DNA of 63,994 nucleotides, counting the filler, from Streblomastix strix (taxonomy: Eukaryota), in the NCBI GenBank assembly GCA_008636045.1. It is 3 parts of 3 records of this genome, joined end to end, with 100 filler letters (N's around TTAATTAATTAA, not from the genome) between each part and the next. Parts side by side here need not be neighbours in the genome. Positions count along the whole stretch, not along the records: positions 1 to 21,527 come from SNRW01000367.1; positions 21,628 to 43,138 come from SNRW01000368.1; 1 more part is not named here. The stretch is one strand, 5' to 3'. This document shows, piece after piece, positions 13,301 through 27,214 of this stretch. The notes beneath the pieces are model-generated. The model was not told the origin of the DNA. It worked only from the letters and a program-made list of their open reading frames with translations, and did no database searches. Every line of letters begins with the position of its first letter. Position 1 is the stretch's first letter. The position numbers and the translations under genes are program-made.

Positions 13301-16300
13301 TCAGCTCCACCTTCTTCCCCAGTAAAGAGCTTTAGATCCAACTGGGTTTCTTATTGAGGATTGTGTGAGACCAAATAATCTGGACACTTGGAAAAGTGAA
13401 GACGGGCCGTTGATGCAGCACTGCACATTATAATAATAGAAAATATATATAAATATAATAAAGAATGAATGAAAAGTAATGATCTATAAATTGATTAATA
13501 CATTTATACATAATACATTTTTTAAAATCATATTATATTAAATACACATATATTGCGCGAACCCAGAATCTGATTGCAGCTGGTATTCCGATCACAAAGT
13601 TAGGTTGCTCTTCATTATTTACATAGAAGGCAACTTTGTGTGGATTTGATACCATGTCCACCTGAAATAAATAAAATGAACATAAATTTTTTAATTTAAA
13701 TTAGAAAAGCATTAAAAGCTCATATTTAATATTATAATATATTAGTTATTATATATAACATACTTCTGCTGATACACGCTAATTGTCTCTGAATTCCGTA
13801 TTTCCACTTAAACCGTTTGTAAGGTGCTCAAGTTTGCCACTATAAGGGAAATATAAGTTGATTAGAAAGAATTAAATAAAATAAGTTATATACAAATATG
13901 TTAATATATAAATATTAATATTAATATAAATATGATATATACCAATTCCAGAAACGAATAGTCTTTGAATCGTCTTCAAATGATACAATGAACAATGCAA
14001 AGTGTTAAATATAAAAAATAAATTTGAAAAATAAATCAAATAAACAAACATTATTATTATAAAAATAATTTTAATATAAATTTTATCAATTAATTAATAA
14101 TAATACTTCCAGCTTCCCAAGGTCCATTGTTTGCAGAGAATGTACACTAAGCAGAAGCTATTCCCATACCTAAAATATAATATTTATTAATTAATTAATT
14201 AATTAAATAAAATATATAAACATATAAATACGTATAATTAAGTGTATAAATATATATAAATAAACATAAATATTCCAATATATTCTCGTATATTTATAAT
14301 CCATATAAACATACAAAATCCGAATCTTCCATTCCTATCAAAGACAACATCGAACCTCACATATCCATCCTATACTACAGGATCAACAGCAACTGTGCAA
14401 TACTTGTCAGTGTCATTTGTGTGGATGAACTTATTCCCTTCAACAAAACCTGCTATACGTGGAGGGAGGATAAAAATGGGCGTGTTGGCGGTAGCTGATG
14501 TTATTGTTTGGTAATATTATAAGTAGGATTATTTGTGTATGAATAAATTGAGTGAATTTAAATATTATGCGTAAAATATATTAATTTTCATATACTAATA
14601 AAATAATTATAATTATATTCTATCTATATATTCTCAGCAAACCTGTAGCATAAGCAAACTGATCACTTTATTTATCATTATTAATTCCCTCAATTGGTAC
14701 AACCTAAGTAACCGATCTTGTTTGGCTAAGAGGAATCTGTGCTTTTGATTTACTCTACGATAATGGAAGTTATACACTCGATTTTGATGACTGTTATGAC
14801 AGAGGCAATTATATATTCGATTTTAATTGTGTTAATGGCAGTGCACCAAATGACTTAGATTGTTGTAATTGATTTTATATCCCTTATTCATCAACTGGAG
14901 TCGCCATATCGTTCAAATACGACAGATCCTGCGAATTCCTGCAGCACTTCAATGATGCCGCACTTTCTGAGTTATTATTATTTTTCTCGTTGGTATTATT
15001 CTGATATTCAGACTGAATCATCCTCAATCTCTATTCATTGAAATCTGCTCTTTTCTTCTCCCTTTCGCGAAGTCTTTCAATATTCATATTTTTCTGCTCA
15101 AGTAACAATATATGGTTTTGTGCGTCCATTTTCTGTTTCTGCTCATTTTAAGCCCATTCATGAACAGAGGCTATTTTGTCTTTGCATTCTTTCAGCTTCT
15201 GTTCTAATTTATTTGCTCTTTCTTCTGCGATTTACAATTAACTAATCTAATCTGTGTCATTTCCATCAATGTTTATATTCTCATCATTCAGAATAAGGAG
15301 AATTGACCCAATCACTCCTCTGATCTAGCGAGGTGGGTTCAACTGCCACACTCTCATTGAGCTTGTCTTCAACTTCTTCGTTTTAAACAAAGAGTTTTGA
15401 TCTGAGCTCAACATTTTCTATACAATTTCAAGGACATTACTGAGTACGTCTAATGAGAATGCAGGCTGTGAGTTTGAAGATTGCTATTGTGCATTGTTAG
15501 GAAATGCCTAATCTATTGCACGCGCTGCACGGTCATATATATTAAGCTCAATAAGGCTTGGAATTGTTACTGATTTTTTATCAATCGCTTTTTGTAGAGA
15601 TTGTTTGGATTGCTCGGAAATCTTCTGGTCTTGATTCTAAAAATTGTAAAATAAGAAAATAAATAAGAAAATATAATCATTAAAGTGAATCATACAAAAA
15701 GGAGTGTAACAAGAGGGTTGTACAACGATGGCCAGTCAATATCATCGCATGATTCAGTTCCAATTTATTATATTTGTAGCATAACTGTGCCGCACAATGA
15801 CTATTATAAATATAAATTGATTATAGATAATAAAAATATGAAGACATTTCATACACGGATTCTTGGATTTAATGTATCTAACAACAGCTAGGAAACAGCT
15901 TCAATAATTCCGCAAATTTACATTATCTCATTCCACTCCCTAACAACAACTAAATAAAATGATATAACTGGAAATATACAGTTAATTAAAAATATTCATA
16001 CAATTAACATTAACTTTTAATATTTCGCAAAGAATTTCAATTTTATCAAAATCAGATATCTCCGAAATCCTTAATCGCATCGCGTATTTAGCCAACTCTA
16101 TTTTAAGCTATAAGAAATTATAAAAATATTTGAATAATATAAATAATCTAAAAATTAAATATAAAAAACTAAATTTAATAAAAGAAAATGGAAAATTTTC
16201 AAAAAATCAATCATTTTCTATCCACACGTCATTTCCTAACTAAATTTATGCAGCATGGCCTCGTCCCTTTGAACTTGATTTATGATGATGGTCAGGCTTT

Positions 16301-16400
16301 TACTATTGCATAGACGATGTTGTTCAATTGCTAAATTATCCGAGAGCTATTATTTTTATTGTTGTTATTATAATTGAATGTTTTAAATATAAATAAATAT
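13301..16400 (-). CDS. Hypothetical protein with helical N-terminus, coiled coil and C-terminal SPRY/B30.2-like beta domain; start uncertain
   Basis: Exons give FIHTNDTDKYCTVAVDPVVQDGYVRFDVVF, GIASA, VDMVSNPHKVAFYVNNEEQPNFVIGIPAAIRFW, and end GSKALYWGRRWS-TGA; similar to the C-terminus of 59729-63136. Confidence 0.65.
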
Positions 16401-16751
16401 AAAAAATTCTATTAATGCATCTCACAATTTCTTAACAATAATATTTTTCTCAACATATTTTTAAGCTATTCTAGCAATTGAAATTGCTATATATGTTATT
16501 AATTTATTGCGAATTGTTTTTATTTAATGAGATTTAGCTTTTTTATCGACTTTTAGCTCTTTATTGGCAAGAATTTTATATTTTTTTAATTTTTTTTATT
16601 ATTTATTTTTTCTGAACTTCTGTTTATATTTTTTTAGTAAATAAATTCTTAACTAATAAATTTTCCCAAATTTAATTCAACTTTATCAATTTCATCATAT
16701 ATAAACCTTAATTATGTTTTTTTCATTTCTTTCCTCAACAGCATCATTTAA

Positions 16752-19700
16752 ATGATGGATATGGATTACAAACGTTTCATTCGGCTAAATGGAATTGCTG
16801 TATGGTTTTTTATTTTTAATGTAATTTTAATGTAATTTTATATTTGTTTTTTATAGCCAATTCGTCAACTTGGTATGAAAAAAATAAATATTAAATATTA
16901 ATATTATTTAAATATATTTATTTATTTAGGAAAAGGATCATTTGGCAGGTATGAAAATTGACTCTTTTGATTTAAAATATGTTTACTTGAATTATTATAG
17001 TGTTTATCTAGCTTATGATATTAAAGATGGAATTATTGCCATAAAAATATTTTAAAAGGAAGAATTTGATATTAATGAGTTACTTGTTTCATAGGAACTT
17101 TAAACGTTTGAATGTTTTTTATAATTAATCAGTTATTTTTATTATTATTATTAATATTATTTGTATATAGAAATCAAATTCAAAGTAATTTTGTTTTGAA
17201 ATATTTAAAATATAATGATTTAAAAATATATCCAATTCTGTAGATGGAATATGCAAATATGATGGCTTATCAACTTTTTTTAATTATTATTTTATTTTAT
17301 ATTAATAATTTGTAATTTATTTAGACTCTTGATATTATTGCACGACAACCAGATATTCCACTCCCAACATATACACTTTGAGCTCTTATGAAACAAACTC
17401 GTATTTTTTTTATTTTTTTTTATTTTTTAAAATATATGTATTTACATATCATAGTTGAAGGCATGAGGGCATTTCACTCCGGTGGTTTCATTCACCGGTT
17501 TACTTATTCAATAATATTTTTATATTTACTATTAATACTATCATAATTATGTATAAGTGATATCAAGTGCAATAATATATTGCTGCACAGTCCACTTGGC
17601 TCTGGGCGTGTTCATATCAAGATTTCAGACTTTGGTATTGCATAGAAAGAAGATCTTAGTTTAGAGAAAAAACGCCCTCCGGGGTTTGATTTACTTTTTC
17701 CAATATATATATTGTCACTCGTTTTATTTTTTTAACTCATTATGTATTTTTACTATTTAGAACAACTCCTTATTTGGTATAATTTAGATAATTATTCAAT
17801 TTAATAACTTTTAAAGAAGAAATATACAAGGTTTATTTTTATTATATTACTATTTATAAAATTTATTCAGGCTCCCGAGTTGTTTTCAGATGTAAGAGTA
17901 GTAACTCAGAAAGTGGATATTTATGCTCTTGGAATCACATTCTGCAAACTTATTACTCATAAATATCCTGTGGATGAGTCAACATTTTAAGAACAGAAAA
18001 AGTTTGGGTTTACTTAATTTTATATTTTATTATTATTATTGTAATAATAATTACAGGAAGATGGCCGAATTGAAATGTTTTAAAAGATCATCAAAAATCA
18101 AAGATAATCTTCTTTGGGATCTTCTTTCAAAATTATTGGAGTTTGATCCAGATAAAAGAATTACAGCTGCTGAAGCACTTCAACATCCATATTTCACATC
18201 ACCTGAAGCAATTGCTGATATTTCTGCAGAATAAAAGCAACTTGCAGGAATTTCAATTGTAAAGGATCGTTTGAAAGACCAAAATATACAAGAATTTGAT
18301 AAAGATCCTACTTTCATTGTTGCTGAATCTGTTATAAAGTAATTCATATAAAAGTAAATTTAGAAAAATTAATTGATATAATAGAATAGTGTGGAACAGA
18401 AAGAATAAGGATAAAACTCTTAGAATTATGAATTCTAAACTGTTTATAAAGTTGAAGAAACTGGAAATAAATAAGATGAAATGAAAAATGCATAGCATGT
18501 ATCTCTTCAAACGAGCAATATCAATATTGAAAATATATAATAAAATGAATAAAAATCATCATCATAATCTAAATTTAGTAATTAAACTATACAAGATTTA
18601 GAATTTGAATCGCCATATGAATAATCCTACAATTAAGGAAATTTTCTAATCTAACCAGAAGCAGATTTATCTCTATAATAAATTTAATCATTATCTTAAC
18701 AATTAACTGGATATACGACATCAATTTACAGTCACCACAGCAATAATATTTTAATATAGAGAACAAATCATGTTTCATTGTCATACATAGCTACAGAAGA
18801 TGAACTTAAAATTGAAAGAGAATTTATTAATTAGAACATGAATATAAATTAAATATTGAAAAAATTAGAAAATTTTGATAATTTATCGCTGATTGAACGT
18901 GATATTATTCTTGTAAATAGTTATAAAGAATTTTTGGGAATTATACGAAATTTTATAAGTGATTAATAACTCAAAGTCTTTGATAAAATTTTATCAATAA
19001 TGAATTCATATTCGTTGGAAAATATATTTCCTATATATACATATCCATTATTTGTATGTATTATGCAAAATCCTAAACTTGTTAGTAATAATCATATACT
19101 TGGAGAGATTTTAAGATTTACAAGAAGAATTCTTAAAAGTGATAATGAAACAATATTAGAAAATTAGTTATCGCATATCACATAAGTTATTGGAGTAATA
19201 ATTGTTATTGAATATAATGAAAATCATCATCAATTTCGTAATGAATTTATAAAAACTAGAATGATAGAAAAGACTGTTGAAATATTCAATGATAATAAAT
19301 ATAAAGATTATAAAATTGTTGAATATGCAGCATGTCTAATTGGATATATTTATTATGCTCTTGAAATTCCTTAATAATTTGGATCTGACATCATAAATTA
19401 TCTTAAATCATTTACAGAAAGTAAGAATTAGAATGAATTATTCAATTATACACTGATTGCACTCAAAAATCTTGCAATGTGCAGAAAAAATCATGATCTA
19501 ATAATTGCAAATGGATTTATTAAGAAATTGAGTGAGATTCTTCGCTCCTTTGAATAAAGTGAATGATTTTCAAATGTCATTATTCTTCTTACCACACTAC
19601 TTGATGCTGGATCTGAATAAACAAAAAAAATTATTTTGAATGAAATTATAATTTACAGAATTATGGTTATATCTAGAAGTAATGATTAATATTTAGCAGA

Positions 19701-21527
19701 CAAAGCAAAAATATTCATATAAGCTTGGAAATATTTTAGTAATAATGATAATATTAAGAAACAATAATAAAAATTTGAATAATAATAGCAGAAGTAATAA
19801 TAATATAACCAATAATAATAATGCAATTAATTCACAACATTAAATGACTTTTAAAATATTATTAAAATGACTTTATAATTAGATGAAGAAAAAAACATGC
19901 TCTAAAAATAAATTTAAAATAATAAAGATGAAGAGCAAAAATAAGAAATTGAATTTAGAAATTAAGAAATTAGTAGAAAAGCTGCTCAGATTTAAAATTC
20001 TTTATTTGGAAAACCATTGTTATTTGTGAGAGATGAAGATAAAAGTGTAATTGATAAAAATTATAATGTTATGAATGATAAGGAAATATTAATAAAAGCA
20101 TTTTAATAAATATTATATTAAAAAGAATAATCTGAAGGAGCTAACGAAAAGGAATTATTATTATAAAAAATAAAATAAAAATAATAATAAATTGATCAAA
20201 TTGAAGATGAAAACGAAAAATAAAATTCTGCTCTTAAACATACATTACTTTTATTTGAAATAATGTTTAATAAAAATGATGGAACAATAGAATAAGAAAA
20301 TTTGAATTTAAAAACGAATGAAAAATTTAATCAATAAGAGAAAGAGATAGATAAAGATGATGATATTTCTGATGAAGAGAAACTTAGAAATGAACATTAA
20401 AGTAAAATGAAAAATAAATTGGAGTAGTAAAAGAAAGAGTAAGAAAATAATATAGAAGATTAGGATGATTCTCCAATAGAATGTGAAGTTTGCCACAAAT
20501 ATTTCCCGTTCTTTCTTTATAGTAATCATCTTTAAACTCATAATTTATTTCTAAATCCAAACAAAGATAATAAGATTCAAAAAGAATAAGAAAACAAATA
20601 AGAAAAAGAAAAGGAAAAAGAATAATATTTAGATGATGAAGAAAAATTGAATTATTTAATTGAACAATAATATAAATTAGAAAGTTATAAACCTTATCTT
20701 AAACGCAGCATATAATAAGAGGATGAAATGTAAATTAAGGAAGATAATATGGAATTGAAATTGAATTAAATTGGAGATGAGAAAGATAAGAATTGCTTGA
20801 ATTAAAAAGTGAAAGTGAAAATATAAGGGAAAGTTAAAACAAAAATGAAGCTAAATGTTGATTAAATTTAAAATTAATTAAAGAAGTCAACTGATATTAA
20901 TTAATAGAATGAGAATTAGTAAAAGGATGAAAAAGTGAATGCGATATAAGATAATTCGATAAATGATAACTAATTAAAGAAATAAAAATATTTCTCAAAA
21001 GAAAAAGATATTTCCAAGGTTAGTGAACAGGATGTAATGAAAGAATAAGAGTAAGAGTAAAAATTAAAAATAGAAATTCAAAATTATAATTATAATTAAA
21101 AATAGAGTTAAATTATATATTCGAACAGTTAGAAAATGAAAAAATAAATAAAAGGAATAAAGATTTCCAAAGAAAATGAAAAGAATAATTTAGAAATTGA
21201 TTTGAAAGAAAAAAAGGAAATGGATGAATAAAAGAAAGAATAAGAATAAGTATAAAAGAAAGAATAAGAGAAAGAATAAGAATAAGAGAAAGAATAAGAG
21301 AAAGAATAAAAACAAGAGAAAGAATAAAAGAATAAATAATTGAAAGAATAAGAATAAAAGAAAAAATAATAGAAAGAATAAAAATAACAGAAAGAATAAT
21401 AGAAAGAAAAAGAATAAAAGAAAGAAAAAGAATAAAAGAAAGAATAAGAATAAAAGAAAGAATAAGAGAAAGAATAAGAGAAAGAATAAGAGAAATAGAA
21501 AGAAAATGAATAAGAATAAGAGAAAGA
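16752..21527 (+). pseudogene. Ser/Thr kinase with ARM-like region, C2H2-like zinc finger and KEQE repeats; two in-frame TGA; truncated by the gap
   Basis: GKGSFG, IIAIK, HRDIKCNNILL, ISDFG, APE, DIYALG, FDPDKRITAAEALQHPYF; in-frame TGA at 17379 and 19564; apparent GC donor at 17265. Confidence 0.75.
21229..21527 (+). repeat. Coding minisatellite of about 12 bp (AAAGAATAAGAG-like) encoding KEQE/KEQK
   Basis: Repeated aaagaataagag/aaagaataaaag units running into the gap. Confidence 0.85.
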
Positions 21528-21627
21528 NNNNNNNNNNNNNNNNNNNNNNNNNNNNNNNNNNNNNNNNNNNNTTAATTAATTAANNNNNNNNNNNNNNNNN
21601 NNNNNNNNNNNNNNNNNNNNNNNNNNN
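21528..21627. other. Artificial contig-join linker N44-TTAATTAATTAA-N44
   Basis: Exactly 100 nt; identical to 43139-43238. Confidence 0.97.
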
Positions 21628-21648
21628 CAAAATTATTTTATCCATAAA

Positions 21649-24600
21649 ATGAGTTTTCAGAATAATTCGAATTGATCGAAGTTATGCTTATCCGACCCAA
21701 ACTACGACGCTGAGCTGATGAATCATCTTCTTTTTCAATTGCAAGCTCTGAAAGGATCTTTTGGTATACAAATTATATTTTTTTTTCATTTTTATTAATG
21801 GTTATATAGGAGTTGTATTTATCTGTGAAAGTTCCGAATCAAAGAAACTTTATGCGACAAAAGTTGAAGTTTGATCATTTTTTTATTTAATTTAATTTTA
21901 TTTTTTCATATATATCTTATAGCTAGCACGAAGTCGATCACCTAAGCTATAGAAAGAGTTTCAAAGATACTAAGCATTGATGGGAAATCTAGGTTTCCCT
22001 GAAGTGAGATATTTCTGGAACAATAAAGACTACAATGCAGTTGTGATGGAATTATTGGGAGAGTCTCTTGATGATCTTCATAAACGCGCATTCAGACGAT
22101 TTAACATCATCACCATTATTCTTGTTGCTATTTAGCTAATCTAGAGGATATAAGCAATGCATAATATGGGATATTTACATAGAGACATCAAGCCAGAGAA
22201 CTTCCTCATTGGCTAAGGAGATAAGACAAGCCTAATATATGTGATTGACTTTGGGTTGTCTAAATAATTCAGAGATCCAATGACAAAAGCACACATACCT
22301 TTCGCATAATAACATGGACTCGTTGGAACACTTCGCTACATCTCAGTGGTTTGTATTGCCATTATTTATCCAGATACATTTACTATTATATTATTTATAA
22401 TCTTTTTTATCAATCAGAATGTTCATCAAGAGATGGAACCAAGCAGAAGAGATGATCTAATATCTCTTGCTTATCTATTTGTATATCTATTTAAGGGTAT
22501 TTTGCCTTGGTAGTTTAAGGATCGCATGTCTCCTGAGGAACGATGTGCAAAGATATTGTTTGTTGAATGTTACTTATTTATTTATCATATAATAATAATT
22601 AATATCTTTTTCATATAAACAGTATGTTTAAGATGAAGTATCCAGATACAAATCTCTATGATTAGATGCCACAAGAATTTCTTTAGTTCTACAGGTATTT
22701 AGTAATATATTTATTATTTATTATTGTAATTATATTATATATTTATTTGATTAGATCTGTATCTGCACTGAAATTTGATGAAGAACCAGATTATGATGGA
22801 CTCAGACGACCATTTGAGTTTCTTCTTCAACGTTTCCCACCATACGAGCGAGATTTTGAATGGAGAGTATGTTTATAATTTAATTTCATATATAATAGTT
22901 ATTATTCATTTTATCTAATTTACTAGCCAAAGAATTACAACAGTTCTTTGCAAGAAGCCAATTCTTCATTCAACTCAAACGTTACAGGCCAAATTACAAC
23001 TAACACCAACACAACAGCTGGAACAACACTTTAAGCAGCAAATACAATCAATTCAAACAGTCCGGAATAAAGATAGTCAGGAATGATTAAAGATTTAGAT
23101 GTAGGAAATGCAATATAGAATCTTGATTAATAAATGAGGCAGAAGAATTTATAACTTTAGAACATCAGCTTTCAACGGGATCAATTATTGAAATGGCAAG
23201 AATAGCAATTCGCTCGTTAGTAACAACAAGCATAAGACCTTCAGAGAATGAGCATTGATGAATAAGCAGCATCTCAACTATAGCAGCAGAAATTTTGGTC
23301 TCAACAACAAATTAAACTTGAATAACTACAAAAAGCAATATTTGAATTGTAAAATCAGATATTGTCAGACAGTAAAATTATGCAAGAATTACAGCAGCAT
23401 CATAAATCGATAGAAAGTTAATAAAAAGAGAATCGAAACAGTGGAAAAGCGATGTCTAAAGACACCCAAAGTGGAGGTAAATAACCAAATGGAAGTGTTG
23501 GTAAAAGAATGTCAGATATTGACAATTTTGATGATGAGGAGGATTAATTAGAACAGGAAGATGATGAGAATCACAAGAAGGCAATAGAACGTGTGGTAGA
23601 GAATGAAGTAAACTAAGCTTATATTGGAGCTAATAAGAATAAAGCTAAAAAAGATATTAATATTTTAGATTAATATCCAAATCATTAAACATAATCCTAC
23701 TCTCTATATTTCAAAGAGAATTAATTGGGGAAAAAACCACAAAAGCCAAGTTTAAGTTAATATAAACCATTCCTCTTTGAAGAGAATGATATCAAGAAAG
23801 ATGAAGTTAACAAATCAGACACAATGAGTAACATAACACAAAAACCTCTTGATAAGTTTGTTTCAAAGCCATAAATTGTACATAGCAATGAAAGTGATAC
23901 TTAAACTGAATAATAATAATAATCATTATTCAATCCATATCCTCCTTTACCTCCCAGTTAATTATTATTATCTCTTGAATCAGAGACTGAAACTGAGAAT
24001 GTGAAATCTAATTCAATATAATATCCTGTATTAAAATAAATACGACAAACTTCACTTCCAGTTATTCCATCTAATTATCCTATTCTCAACAATAATCAAT
24101 CAGAAGGAAAAGGATATAAATATGTAGGAAATTAAGATGAACTTGAATAAGGAATTGTGAGATTCCTTCCAGAGTAGATTGTGCGCCATGCAACTGCACC
24201 ACCTTCTGACAATAATGAAGATGAAATTGGATAATAAAAACATTTTGGTTCATTACTTTAAGTATCTCCAGGAAAGAATACCCAATAATTACCAGGTCCC
24301 ATCTAATTATCTCCATCATTGTCTGAATAACTCAGATCTCATTAACCTCCAATTCCTCGTAAACCTCCTCCTCCTCTTCCAAAGGGTATACAAAGGAGAG
24401 CCATTTCTGGGTCAGTTCTAAGGGAAAGATCATCTCTATAAGAATCCAACTAATAATAGATTGTATAATTGAATAGAGATAGTAAAGATGAATGGTAATA
24501 AGATTGGGATGAGAAGAGCAGTGAAGAAGATCTTATTAATACAAATCAAACTAATTAGACTGGAAATGGGTAATAAGATGAGCAATAAGAAGGAATTGAT

Positions 24601-25737
24601 AAGACTCCAGTTGATTGTGAAGTCTGTGGTAGATAAATACCTTTCTACAAATTCTTGAAACACGTTCAAAGGCGTCACCCATCTCGTACTATTAAGATTG
24701 ACGAAATAGAATAATAGAAATCTCTACCTTTAATTAACTCTGCTGCAATTGCTTCATTAGATCGAATTACTATACTCCCTCCTCCAGTTATTACTTCTAA
24801 ATTAATCTTGACTGATGCTGATTCATCATTAATATCTTCAAAATCACGTTCAATCTCATCTTAATAATCAACTAAATTAAGCCAGATAAATATTAATTAG
24901 TCTCCAGTAGTTAATATTTCATCATTAACAATAGAAGAGAGAGATCATCATTCATCATAAGATAATAATAATAATAATAACAATAACAATAATGTAGAAA
25001 AGATTGTATTTTTGCCACCGATTATCACAGACTAAGAAAATAATAAAGCATAATAGGAATCTGTAGAGAAATTGGATTAGAAACCAGTAGATACTTAATA
25101 ATCTAATTAAGATAATTAAGATGCCACATTAATTCATGACGAAGAGAATAGCAACAGTAATATTTCATCGAGTTCAATGCATGATTCGATGTTTGTCAAT
25201 CACTCACGAGCAACAATAAGGTTTATTAAGAAAAATGAAAATAATGAATTATCACCAAATAAAAGCAAAACCAATAAAGACAGTTGGGGTCTTTCTCAAC
25301 GTATTAACAAAAATAAGTAATAAATAACACCTCTTATTTCATTTGGCTTTGGAGGAAGGAGATTATAGCAGAGCAAATGGGGTATTGGATTCAACACAGC
25401 AGTCCTTTACACATAATAATTTAGTGTACAATTGCATGAATAGCCTGTTTAGGAGATTAAAATTGAAGATGAAACATTAAATAAAGATCCAATTCAAACT
25501 TAAGATCAAGAAGAGCCTCCACCACCAGAATCACCTCGTCCAATTAAACAGTCAATTCAATTAGTGAATAATCATTCATAATTAAATCACACTTAATAAA
25601 GTAAATCCAAAATCACAGCCAATGCACAAAAACCTATCCGTATAATTGCATCAAAGAAGATTAAATCAGGTAAAATTAATTCTCCACCGCAGAATACGTA
25701 ATCTCCACCACCACCAGAGTCACCAAAGTTTGGTTGA
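21649..25737 (+). CDS. Casein kinase 1 family protein with very long low-complexity C-terminus containing a zinc finger; start is 21649 (through an in-frame TGA) or 21718
   Basis: KGSFG, VVMELLGESL, HRDIKPENFL, IDFGLSK, VGTLRYISVNVH, SRRDDL, LPWQ, LKFDEEPDY; TGA 25735-25737. Confidence 0.9.
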
Positions 25738-26021
25738 AGTGCAGTTTTATTCTTACTAATGTGAATTTAATAGTTTTGTGATACATTTTTTGAGAAAAGA
25801 TGGTCGTGTATCAATATGACTCTTTTTTAGTAAATTAAATAATATGATTTATTAAATCATATCCATCATATATTATATTTAATATAAATACTCTCAATAA
25901 TTTTAATTTGCTCCAGATTTTTATTTTCTGCTTAAGAAAAAGATGTAGAAGCTGAATTATTAAATTAGTTTTTTTATACTTCACAAAATACTCCCTGGGA
26001 AGCGATAAAATCTGTAACTAC

Positions 26022-26973
26022 ATGGCAGAACATAAAATAGTATGATTTCATGTATATTTATGAGTTAATCATTATCTTTTCCCTACAGGTTGTGATGGGC
26101 GGAGGGGGCGTTGGAAAATCGGCTCTTTCAATTCAGTTCATAATGGTTTGAAGATATTTTATTAATATTTAATTGTAGTTATAATTTTTATTTTTATATA
26201 TTGTATCAACTTTAATACTTTATGACTGCACACAGAAAAAATTTGTCTCTGAGTATGATCCAACAATTGGTATGCTTCGCGCCTCTGAGAATTATTATTT
26301 TATATATTCCATTATTTATTATTATTTTTTTATTTTATCAAATTATTATCTTTATATTTTTTTTATCTGCAGAGGACCAATATCGTATGTAAACGACAGT
26401 TGATGATCAAACATGCTATCTCGACATTATAGACACTGCTGGTTAAGAGGAGTTCTCAGCCATGTAAGACTAGGTATTCTTATAGTATATACATTAATAA
26501 TTATATATTAAATTTATATTATACTAAACAGTACATGATCTCTGGCGATGGTTTTTTGCTAGTGTATGCAGTTGACTCGCAACCATCCTACTAAGAAGTT
26601 AAGAAACTCCGAGATAGGATTCTCACCGTGAAAGAAAAGGACAAAGTTCCCATTGTTGTCTGTGCAAATAAGGTTGATCTTCCCGAAAATTATCACCACG
26701 TTAAACCATAGGATGGAAAAGATTTAGTTTGAAATCAACAATCTTAGAATATTTTTATTATATTAAACTTTAAACAGGCCAGATAGCTTGGAGTTCCCGT
26801 GCTTGATACATCTGCTAAGGATAGGATCAATGTTGATGAGGCCTTTCACAAGTTTGGGATGAATTTTTTATTAGAATTTATCTATTTTATATCATAACAA
26901 AATTAGGCTTGTTCGTGAAATCAGGAAAGAGAAATAGCCAAAGTAGAAGAAATCTAGATGCGATATAATCTGA
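26022..26973 (+). CDS. RAS: Ras-family small GTPase
   Basis: VVMGGGGVGKSAL, EYDPTIED, DTAGQEEF (Gln = TAA at 26444), NKVD, TSAK, CAAX-like CDII-TGA; six GT-AG introns. Confidence 0.95.
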
Positions 26974-27214
26974 GTAAATTATCCAGTTTAATAAGACTGA
27001 TTCATTGAATATAATCTTATAATAAAGAGTAATTCTTAACATGAAGCCAGTTAGATGCACTTCGAATAAAAATTAAAAATGTTGAATAAAAATTACATGA
27101 TTATTTAAACAGATATATACTCAAAAAATAAATAAATTTGTGTAAAGCAAATAAATATTTATTTAATACACATTTATTAAGTGGATATAAGTGAACTTTC
27201 AAATCGAGTTTATA

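Noticed and set aside
21528..21627. TTAATTAATTAA palindrome within N runs (also 43139-43238)
   Set aside because: Identical 100-nt construct twice, with standard stops in all frames: an assembly linker, not biology. Adjacency across it is not evidence.
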